64,000 bases of DNA from Phoronis australis. Lineage: Eukaryota > Animalia > Phoronida. A program made the position numbers and the translations under genes. Positions within the stretch are counted from its first letter, which is position 1, and the number at the start of each line of letters is the position of its first letter. The notes beneath the pieces were generated by a model. It did not search any database. It was not told where the DNA came from and saw only the letters and a list, made by a program, of their open reading frames with translations. The stretch lies in the NCBI GenBank assembly GCA_002633005.1, contig NMRA01000039.1, positions 848,335 to 912,334 of the forward strand, in the 5' to 3' direction. Positions 48,801-60,800 of this stretch are shown here, piece after piece.

Positions 48801-51800
48801 TTCCTCTGTGTCTTTGGAGTTCCTTTATGGATTTTCTTGAAATTTGGTAAATAGGGTTCTATTAATGAAGCAATGACACGTTTTTGTTTTCAGATGGATT
48901 TGACATAGTGCATGCCTCCTAGTTATCGTTATTATGTTTGAGTCTGTTTTTGGTGTCCTTCTCTCTATCAACCAAACTACTATCGAAATCCTTACGAAAA
49001 TTGGTAAAGTGTTCCTACTGAGAAGAGCATAGCTGACGATTTTTGGACAGTTTTGACTAATGTAGTGCCCCCTAGTGGCAGTTTGCTTTTTGACATCTGC
49101 AGCTGTTTCTCCCTGCTGGATCTTTGTGAAATTTGGCAAGTGTATTTCAATGAGCGTGACAACAGATGATGACATTTGAATGTATCTGACTACCACTGTG
49201 CCCCCTAGTGTTAGTTTTACTTTTTACTGTCTTGGCATGTGTAATCCTATTGAGGAGAGCATTGCTGACTTGCTAAGCGCCCCCTAGAGGCTATTTTAAG
49301 TTTACTAGCATTGCTGTATTTAGTGTAAATATTTAAAATAATAATCATCCTTTGTAACTGCACTGTATGTGATTTTGATCTTACAGCTGACACCGGTGAT
49401 TTCGCACCGCGCAAAGTGGTTATACTATCAAGGGAAGGTGTCGAGTATTCCTTTATAGACACGTTGAAAAGCGGCAAATTTGTTCCGAGAACAAAGGATA
49501 GCAAGAAGATAGTTTTTGAAGATACTTGCCTGTCAACTGGTGGTCAGGACAAAGAGGAACAGTACCAGGTCAACTTGATTGAAATTCAAGATAAAATGGT
49601 GAGTCCACCTGTCTTCTTTCTTTTTGTTTAAGAGGCCTCTTGCTTATAGGTTTTCAGACACTTAAATGGCTGTAAACTTTTCTTCTGAAACGAAATTTTA
49701 GACCACTCCCTGTTATGAAATTGGTCTTAAATTGTTCCAAAGTCACATTGGAGATGATTCGGAGCCTGGACAGGACTGACTAACCATAGTGTACCAGTTA
49801 GCTTGTCACAGCATGTCACTTTACATGCCGAGTCATGGACAAAGTGACTGTCAGATCTTTGCCAACACAGAAATGGCCTCTTATCTGAGTGGGAACAAAT
49901 CGAGACCAGTTCTGTTGTGGTGCGTGGTCCAAATCAAAGTTAATTTTCCTTTGACGGAATGTATTTTTTGCTGCATTAACATTATTTAGTGTACTGCAGA
50001 GGTTTCAAGGACTTTTGTCACCCACTCAATTTTTGCATAAATGCTTTTGTCTGTCTGTTAAAGATGAAGTTCAAAGGTTATTTTCACCCAATAGTTTTAG
50101 AATAACTTTTCTGCTGCTTCACTGGTTACATTTTCAGGGCTGCCAACTGTTACGGATTTATCTGTGTTCTTTGAGTCACTATGTATGGATTTTCAAATGT
50201 TACAGACTTTGAGCATTTATTTCTCTTCAAAAATCAGATAAAATTTAAAATTATCATAAAAAATCGTCAGGGCTTCAAAGAACCAGATCGGCAAAGATTG
50301 AGGCAGGAAGTACTGGAAAGTGACGGAAATTGTCGAGAACGCAAGATCCGACCAATGAGACGTATCCTGGGTACCAGTGTGAAATGCAATTTGCATAACA
50401 AATATCCATTTTGTGACTGACTGGTCAGTTGCAGTTTTTTGTGAAGGACTGGCCTATGAAAAATGCGCTTACTTGGTTTTGCATTGTGGGATACCCTTTA
50501 CTTTGGAAATCGTGTTAAGAGCCAAATTACAGATGAATTAGATTACACTGAGAATCCTGACAGGTATAACACCTTTGTGGATCAAGAATTATGAGATATC
50601 AGGATTTGTGGCGTGGTGGTAGTTTGAGAAGGAAACAACCATGCCGACATCAAAAGTTGGAAAACATCGATGTGACGAGTTATTACGTAATGTGGCTTTT
50701 TAGTTCAACACGATTTGAAATTGAAAATTGTTATTTTGGTGTGTATCTATCCATCTTGGGATTGAAATTTAAAACTTCCTGAAAATGTTGGAAATCGTAC
50801 AAGTTTTCACTTACAAAATATGAATTTTGATTGTGAAGGTTACAGATTATGTTCTTAATGGGTTGGCTGCCCTGCATTTTGTAAATAGATCACTTTGAAG
50901 TTTTAGGATCTGGTAGGGTACACTATTTGTAGCTTCATCATACAAGTGAATTAAACTGAATATCGACGACTTATGCTTGTATTTCAGGTTCACTTTAGCC
51001 CGTTTATGACAGAGGAGACTTCATATGTGATTCTAGCCACTATGGATGACATCAAAGAAGGTAGTGCACAGCTGAACATCATTCAGTACTTAAATGCTAT
51101 TAAAGCAGTGGTAAGACAGTTGTTGTTGTTTTTGTTTTTGTTGTTGTTGTTGAATAGGACACTTTCAAATTGTAACTTGGTGACTCATTTTGTAGGACCA
51201 GATAGCAATGACCTCTAGAGGACGAGGAGTCTGTTTATGACTTTTGTGTAAAACCCATCTCGTCAGTTCACGTGCGCTGTTAAGGGGTCTTTCCATGAAG
51301 TCAAACTATTCATCTGCATCAACTGCTGCGAAGACAAAGTGACTCTTCTGGTGCAGCTAGGTGGCGAAATGAGTCACTGGTCCCACGTGATCGGCCCCCA
51401 TTGCTTCCTGAAAGTCTCCCATTTTTACAACAAATGAAGCGGTGTTCATTGTTGTAGTTGTTTACGTCCATAAACCCTCGTAGAATTAGAACTTCTTTAG
51501 GATTACAATCAAAATTCAACTTTCTGTTATTCGTTTTGTTTAAAGCGTTTATGCTTGTCATCATTCTGAAGCCAGTTGTATCCTCTGTTTGCTGTCTGCC
51601 TGCCTGCCTGCCTGTCTGTCTCTGTCTCTCTGTCTCTGTCTCTGTCTGTCTGTCTCTGTCTGTCTGTCTGTCTCTGTCTGCCTGTCTGTCTGTCTGTCTC
51701 TGTCTGTCTGTCTGTCTTTCTCTGTCAGTCTGTCTGTTTATCTGTGAAAGAACAGGTTAGTGATCTTGTGTTAATACAGAGGGTTATGAATAGGTACAAA

Positions 51801-54800
51801 CCAGGTGGTGTTCCGTAAATGCCAGATATTTGCAAACAAGCAAGATCACGGAAGACCACGCAAAATTGGGCAAGTGGTTTGGGAGTATTCTTGGTGCCTT
51901 ACTAATGGCTACCACTGATTGGTTGCTGAGGCTGGAATGTTGAATTATGTAAATAGAATTCATCATTTCTGTTCCATAAGCAAAAATTTCACGCTGCAAG
52001 TGCATGCCTGCCCACTACCATCCGCCTATTTGCAGCTCACTGAAAGAATGATTGTGTAAAAATTAAGAATCAAGTAAACTATCTAAATACTAAGCGACAT
52101 ACTTTAAGCACTTAAAAACGTTTATCATTATTTTATTAAAGGCGTATTAATTATTTTGGAAATGTCACAAAGATGGTAATCTAAGGAGTCGTTCAGTTTA
52201 TTTGCAACTACCTGAGGTAGCTTGTAGCTACACGAATCCTAGTCTGCAGTGGGTTGGACCATAGCTAGGTCCAAAGGTCAATGGTTCAACTACAGTGATT
52301 GACAACGTGCAATCACCTTGGTCAATAGTGACTCTAGTTCCAACTATAATCCCGAGTGAAATTGCTCTGCATGAATGATACCATGTGACTTGTTCATAAT
52401 TTTGGATGGATTGCGTTGAAAACACGAGATATTGGCTCTATCCATCCTTTTGTAATTTCTCGTGAGAAAGTTGGTTATATAAATACATGTTCATTTTAGT
52501 ATGTTTATTTATTTCTATGTGATCATGAATTACTTGGAACAATCTACATGCACTGTCATCACTTGACAGAACTCCCATGAGAAATTATGAAAGGCTGGCT
52601 TTGAAGCTGGAAACAGCTAATATATTTTGTGCGTTCAAAGAAATTTGTGAAAGACAGGTGCTGTCACCGAATTATACTAATTTCAGACGGAGCATGTGGC
52701 CATTGTAATTCTTATTCTGCACAAAGATGATGCCAAACAGGAAGTCATTGATAGCATCGAGGGGCTGTCCCAGGCTTTGGATGACTGTATCACTGCTCAT
52801 TTTGATACGAACAAGGAACACCTACAGCTTGAGAGTTTCAACAGGTAAGTGTACCTGAGCGCTACAACTCAACGAATGATTGGGATGTTTGTTAAAGCGA
52901 GACAAGACTCGTCCAAAACTATACACCTTTATAAACTAAGATAAAAAATATGAAGGCAAAATTTAACAATCAAACCTTGTAATATTTCAGAAAAATGTCC
53001 ATAATATAATGGATTTTTATCAGTTTTTAATAACCTTTTTGATCTTCATTAATTTATGAATCCGTAATTTTGTTTTACCTTTTATTCAAGGTGTAAAACA
53101 ACTTTGAAACGGTTTAATCCGTTGAAAGTAACTGCCTCTCAACTCTTCACCAGGCTCAGAGCAGTCGTGAGAAAGGTTTGGAGAATTTGAGATTTAATAA
53201 CAGTTACTGCTACTTAAAATTTCAGCAAGAAGGCTTTGCGAAAGGACTTCCTGAGCCAAAAACGTTACGTGAAGTCAATGATTCAGCAACAAAGAACTGA
53301 CGTTTACCATTTCATGAAGGTCAATGTTGACACCTTACAGGTAAAAAAATCTGTCCTGCTTATCTTGGAGTAATCCTTCTGTATTGAAGCTGAGAGTAAC
53401 ATTGTGTTTTTTATTCCAAGCTCTGATGTATTCTGTTGCCATGAAGTGAATACTGTGTTCACACAGGTTAGTCCCATTCTGCTGCCATGAAGTGAATACT
53501 GTGTTCACACAGGTTAATCCCCCCGGTACATCCAGCCAGCTTATCCTTTTTGTTTACAAATGCTTATTTACTAGAAATAACCAGGTGCAAATCCGTTTTA
53601 AGGGACATTATAGGCTTTTCGGCTGCAAAATGCATTTCTAGTATTGTTGGTTGGTATAGACTTCTTGAAGTTATTAACATGGACAAGAGCTGTAAAACGA
53701 TGAAATCCATTCTCGTGATTTTATTAGAAATAGCCATTTATTGTCGTTGTCTGCCAGACATTCTCTAGAGTCAAGGGTGGTGTCTTTGCTAGTTAAATAC
53801 ACTTAAAAGGCTTTGGCATTCATCGAGTGTAATTTAGGGTTCCAGGTTTGATTCTGTGCAAAAAATTACAACATCTCTCTAGCAGTGAGTTGATGGTTAC
53901 AACCCAGTTCAAAACACTCGATCAACTAGGAATGGTAATCAGTCAGCTCATTGCTCAAAGCTGACTGTGGTAAAACTTCTTCGCCTTGAACCAATCTGAT
54001 TGACATTGTGTTATTACACAACCACTGTTACTTTTGTCGTCTGGTCGGATAAAACGCAGTACAACAACTTGTGTTATGAGGTGGTGTGGACTGACTTAGC
54101 TGTGCAGTATCACTTTTTACTCATGCTGCCCGGACACCATGTGCCGCTATTCATGATCTGACCAATTACAGTTAGTAGAAATCATAAACCCTGACCATGT
54201 AAACAAATTGACCAGATGACAATGCATTAAAAGTAGGCAAAACATTGCCAAACTAAAAAGGAATGAAGAAGTGAGAGGGAAGAAGCGTCATTGGTCATCT
54301 GATAAAACAAATATAGACTGATCCAAAATACAGACCAATCCTTCCGACAAATCAGATGGTATGAACCTCAGGAGAGCAATGTTGGTCTCCCTTCGTCCAT
54401 GTGTTCTGATATCCTAGGGAACAGTCCACACTTGCGTAATGGTGTACAAGAAGAAGTTTTCAGCTGAGGAGCCTCATTGTAATAGTAAGCTAGTTCTCAT
54501 TAATGTCATCTCTGGAACATTTTATTTTGGTTTTAGCTAATAAGTTGTTGTTTGTTTGTTTGTTTGTTTTGTCGTTTATTTGCTAATCACAAGCCAGAAT
54601 GTTATTTTGTAACCCTTTTAAAGAGAGATATTTGTTTTACCTTTTTGAAGGCATCTTGGGTTAATTTTGCAGGTATTTTGTTGGAACTTCAGATGTTTGA
54701 CTTCATGTTCATTGGCAGGTCTCATGTGTGCAGGGAGGAGGGGTGGATCCATATCTGTTAGTAAATAGTTGTAATTATTTTTCTTATTGATAGCTTCAGC

Positions 54801-57800
54801 AGTACAGCCTTCAGGAGTCAAGGGAGTCTAAGAAAGATGCTGCCACAGTGTATCAAGAGTGGGCTGAAGGGAAAGGGGTAAATATTCATATTTTGAAAAT
54901 TCACATTATTTGATAAACAATACATGGATTACCAAAACTAATTGCATTAAAAAGACTGACATTTCCATCATAATGATAAGCAATACATGGATTACCAAAA
55001 CTAATTGCATTAAAGAGACTGACATTTTCATCATATTGTAAGTGGAATTCATTGTCATTGTAATTTTTTGCCATAACCAAGAAATACTCTCCACTTTATT
55101 GCACACTCACCTCATTTTGCACACCAAAATTATTTAGGAAAATAACATTTTATCAACATGTACTCTGTCGCCACTCAGTTTCGGCCTGTTCTCTCCAACA
55201 ACAAAAAGCACTTATTCTGCCACATTGTATTAGAGTGTATCACATTGTATCAGAGTGTATCACATTGTATCAGAGTGTATCACATTGTTTTATCAATGAG
55301 TCACAAGTCATGTTGTCTGAGAACTTTCACTGGCAAGTTTGAAATGTCCTGTCATCAATTTTTTGTTTTGAAAATTTACGTTTCCGTGGTGATTCTAGCC
55401 CTACGTTGTTTTGATTACAGGCTAAAGCCAAAGAAATGCTCAACTCTGTAAATAAGTCCGAGTTATCTGAGGTAAGGTAATGCATTTCCTGATTGTTTTG
55501 CGATTGGTCGGGCAATGTGAGTGTAAAATTTATTTGTGTTTATCTAAAAGCAATGTTTTCACCAGCTGTCATTCCCAGGGCTCTTTGAAAAGCTTTGTCT
55601 GGGCTTGTGATCACCAAATTTAATGCGAGACTCGAAAATCTGACCAATCCCATGGCATACTTTGAGTAATTTTTCAAATTTTGTGCAATGTGTATGTTGG
55701 TCACAGTGCCTGATGTGGGACAGCCAATACTCAGCTATTAAACAGAGCTGAAGGTCCACCGGAGGGCTTTTCACCACTTGGTGAAATGGATGTGCCACTG
55801 ATGGTTAGCTGTGTCAGACTCATGGAAAGTAGCCAATCAAGTCCAACAGAGTTTATCCAATTTCTTTCTTCGTGGCCGTCAGCAATGCAACTCTTAACAA
55901 AAAAATTTATTTAGCGTGAGATTGATGAAACAGTTGTGGCATTCACTTGATTATCACATAAGCAGCTCCCTCTGGGTATGTATGGGAAAAGTATTACCAT
56001 TCATGAACCGTTATTAGGCTCACATGGTCCGGTTACTAACCCTGGCTTCTATAGCATGAGTAAATGACTGTCCAGTTCCCAGTTATTGGAGGGCTGTAGT
56101 CCATGTCAAGTTTTTTTCCTGGTAGTAGTCACTCACAGGGGTTCCATATTTTGAGTATCACTTTGATTCCCGTTATTCAGTAGAGGAAAGGGGCTCTCAA
56201 AATAAGAGACCCGTGTACGTGACTGTTTCTTTCCAGTCATAACTGGTATTCATCCTCATGGCTGAGTCCACTGAAGCATCACTGTAAAGTGAAGGATACG
56301 GCTACATGGCCACAACATTAAAGCGATACTAAACCCACTTTTGGCCTAAATAAGATACCAAAAATGACTCTTCTGTTCATTTCTCTGAAACAAACTACTT
56401 CTCTGTAATTCTCAACAACCTTCAGAGTTGGGAGAAAAATTTGAAATCTCTTTTCAAAGTCTGCTAAACAGGCCAGCGACCTACACTTTTTGCAAATTAC
56501 CGGGCAACTGCTGGAAAAGACCACCCACCAAGGACCATAAGGTCCAATTTGCGAGATAAGGAGTGTGAGTTTTTAGTTCATTCCTGCTTTTATCTTTTAA
56601 GATTGACGCCAATGAGACATTAGCAGGCGACAAAACAAGGATTAGTTGAAATCGTCAAAACAGGGTTTAGTACCCTTTTAAGTCGGGCATTGAGCCCACA
56701 ACCTTTTGGTTAGTAGTCTTCCACATTCACTTCTGAACCACATAACCACTGCATAGATGGCCAGCATTTGGCTAATTGCCATAGAATTAGAGTGGCGGTG
56801 TGGTATTTTGTGGTGTGGTTATTGTCGCTACATGTAGCTTGATCAGTTGATAAAAATATTCTCTTTTAGTTCTAATTAATGCCTTTCATTTCAGCTCAAA
56901 TCTATGAAACGTCCACCATTAGCAGTACAGGCGTCTCTTTCTTCAATGTTGATTCTATTGAATGTAATGCCCACTAAGACGGGTGATATAGAGGTACGGC
57001 GCCATTTCATTTTTCTGAAATAATTGCATTAATCGCAATTATACTTGGACTTTTTAAAATAAGTGACAAATGAATTTTCCTGATGTGTGTTTACTAGGTA
57101 GTCCTATGTTCCTTTGTCTATTCGATTTTCCAAAGCATTTTTGCCAAATGTAACTTCGCTATTTGTGATGCACATGGTTAGGGTGTTTCAACACTTGGTA
57201 TCTTTCTTGTTGCTTTTGTAGACATTTGTGCAAAACTGTTGGGCACCGGTGAAGAAGCAGCTCTCTGACTCATCCCTCTTGTCTAAGTTGGACAGATTTG
57301 ATCCAGTGAGTTGGTTGTGATTACGAGCATTTGGCTTGTTAATGTTCCGGATCTTTGGAATGATGCCAGCATAATGTTAACATTCGGCTTACTCCGTGCA
57401 GTCATAAAATCTCAGAAATGGCTTATTGGATTTATTTATGAAACTTTCTTATTCTGTGAGTTGTTTGATTTCAAGCAGCCCACTTCTTCATTGTTACTTG
57501 AAATATTTTCAATAATGTCAAATGTGTGACATGGGTTGAAATTTTTGAATTTTTGACTTTTAGTCTCCAAGTTCTGTTTTGCATTTTGAAAACATTTTTG
57601 TCATAAGTTGGTCACTGGAAATGTTGCATTAAGTCAGTGTAATTTGCTTTAAATTTATCCTTTTTTGTAAGAGATCAAGTGCCCTCCGGTGCAGTTTTCA
57701 CTATTTCGTAAGAAACCATTCACTACCATATCGCCATTTTCACAAGTATACTCTTCCTGAAACGGAACAAAAATGTTAGGGTGTACACTGATGTTACAAA

Positions 57801-60800
57801 ACTTAAAATTTACTTTCAAAGTTAACAATTCTCCATGTATTTCATCTTATGGAATGATGAGATAGACTTCCTTTGATGAAAAAATTATAAAAGATGTTAA
57901 ATTTCTAATCTTCATGTTTCTTCTTTTGGTATCATCATTTTTATGATGTTAAAATTTCACGCCAGTGGCAAGTCTTGACCTTTTCCTGCCCTCAAGAGTT
58001 TTGTACTCTTGAGAGGGGGGATGTCGACACTGTCATAAACTATCCATGTCCTCGTTTTTGTTTTCCAGCAATTCATTACAGACAAAGCACTCGTTCATTT
58101 GGATGAAATATTCAAAACTTTCCAAGATGTCATGAATGAGGATCTGGTATGTTGCAGCACCAGTTTAAGGTCAAGGTCATAATCAACATGACTCTCACAC
58201 AGCACTTCAGTGTTCTGTAGCCTGTGTTGGTTCACAAGGAAGACATGTGTGCAAATCAACACTATAAATCTCACCAATGTAGTACACAATATGGCGGACA
58301 AGTGAATTTTGTTTTTTCATTTTTTCAGAAGAGATAACTTGCAGCAAATAAATGCTATTTCATTTTTAGAGACCTTTACCATTGCCATCAACAGAAAATG
58401 GTTGGAGAAATTTTGGGCATTCGTAAAAATGTTAGAAGTCTTTGGAAAATTATAAAAGATCAATTTTTGCAATAATTTTTTTTTCAAAATTAGTGAGATT
58501 ATGCTTTAATTGTTTTTTCTGTAGCTGCAAAGTCATATGAGGTTGATTTGCCAGACAGTGAGAATTCCTGACCTAAATTTCGTAATTCTGATTTTGATGG
58601 AAAAGGTGCACTTGATTCATTGTCACATCCATTGTTAGGATTTTTCCTTGTTTGGTCCCAGCATGGCGACAATGGAAAAGCAATCGTACTTTCATCGGAG
58701 GTATTTTCACATTTGCAATCTCCTTTGTTGTACCATTGACCAAGGTTTTGGATGGAAAATCGTACATCTGTGTCTTCATATCATAAACTTACGATGAGGC
58801 GGTGAAGGATTTTTTCCGTGACCAGTGAAATGGCATTTTTGTCATGTGTTAATGTGAAATTGGCATTGTCATATCTGTGCATTGTGATTTGAAGACCAGT
58901 TTGAGCATGATTTTGTATTTTTTAATACGTTAGGAACCATAAAATTAGTCCGAATCTGTAGGGGTGAATGCAACTTGAGATTGGGGCGACTGGATGGTGG
59001 GAGAACTGTTGGCAAAAGGGGGGAAAATTTTTGTGGAGATTTGATGGCAACTAGGGAAGGAAATGAAAATTTCATGATCCATGCAAAAATGGTGTTGTGA
59101 TTGGTTATTTTACGTGTGAACCCCCTTCACCCCACTTTAAGGTAGTTGCAAGATGGAGATGTAATGTTGAAGTGTTTATACAACTGTCACCTGTCTATAG
59201 TAGGATAACTGTAGGAGTTTTCTAAGCTTTCTGAAACCATGTCACATGACTTAGTTTTCCCACACTGTTACAAGTCTTTGCATGATGTTCCTTCTATGTT
59301 GATCTGTTGTACAACTGTTGTATGGTATTCAATGATTTGAACTTGTTCAAAACTTTACAAGCCTCAAATACTGTATTTAGCGATGTACAGAAACTGAAAT
59401 GTGTAAACTAGATTAGTGTAATTTTTGTCCTATGCGTTTTGTGCATCATATATGGCGGGTTTTACTAGTTTGTTTATCACAGTGCTTTCTTATAGTACTT
59501 CTGTCTGTGTTACCTTTCTGATTTGTTTTTCAGCAAATGAAGGTAAGTTCCTTCTCACGAAAAATCTTCGTCTGGGTTGATGCGATGCGCAGTTACGCCA
59601 AGATTACGAGAGACATTAACGAAAGTAGAAGAACTTACCCGGCTCAAAAAGTAAGTATTTTCATTACAATTTAATGTTTATCTTTAAAACTCAGTTCATT
59701 GATTGGACTAGATTCAATCATGTCTCATAGATACTATGAACTCTCACCAGTTTCAGACAATAATTGCTTCAGTAAAAATTGTTCAGTTTGGAACAGTAGA
59801 AAATTAGTTATTTTGCTGGGGCCAGAGATTGTACCAAACTTCAGCAATAGGCAGTGTTGGCTGTCCTAAATTTATGAGTTACGATCAACAAAGAACCATT
59901 CGTGACGATGTTACATGCTATTAAGATGCATGGAAAGGTGTTGGCAACTGCTTTCATTGGTTTTATGAATTGCCGAGTCTATTTTCAGACTCTGTCGATA
60001 CAAAACATGATACAAACACAGTGGCAAAATACGACACAGAAAATTTGAAATGCTTTCCTGTGCTTACTTTAGAACTGAATGCAACATTTTTAAGTGTCTA
60101 CAACACTTGGTGATCGACACAAGTCATCAGGAGTCACTGGAGCTTGAAAAAGTTGGAAATGGCTAAGTCAAGGAAAGAAAACAAATTATCCTTATCATAT
60201 TTTGAACAAAAAATGCTTTGTTGCCTATTATTTGTCTGCCATAGTTTTCAAACATTCGAATACATGTTTTAGGGTGTGAATGTGTTACTCAGGAAAATCA
60301 ACGGCATTAACTCGTCAACAATTGGTATCAACTTCAAACAAGGCCACACCTACTCGCCAGTCTTTCAGGAGTTTTACAACACGTTTCCTCGCAATCTCAA
60401 GATATGCCGCTTGCTGGATTTCATCGACTCACTTCCTAAGAAGTTTTACGGGTCCAACACGGTCGATTATGAGAACGCTCTGAAGAAACTCCATGTGATG
60501 GTATTGAAATTATTAATATGCAGTTATTGTTATGATTGTCACTAATTGTATTGCTTTTTTTGCCTTGACTGTCACATCCATGGTGTTGTTTTAGTTTGAA
60601 AACCATTTGAATGTTCCATGAAGTTCAGCTGCTTTCACACTTGTTTAGGTTTTCAAAAAATTACATCAAAACTAGGTCACTTACCTCTACAAAATTACTC
60701 TTTCAAATTTTCTTAGCATGCACCAAGAATCAAACAAATGCTTTGAGTTATCATTATGCCCCATGAGCACTTTCAAAATTTGACCGTTTTGGTTCAATCT

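Noticed and set aside
51458-51818. Cys/Leu/Ser/Val-rich ORFs
   Set aside because: They are translations of the (CTGT)n microsatellite.
55421-59650. A genuine dynein heavy chain gene
   Set aside because: No AAA+ Walker motifs or long stalk coiled coils in neighbouring exons; the in-phase flanking exons are Roc-like and COR-like.
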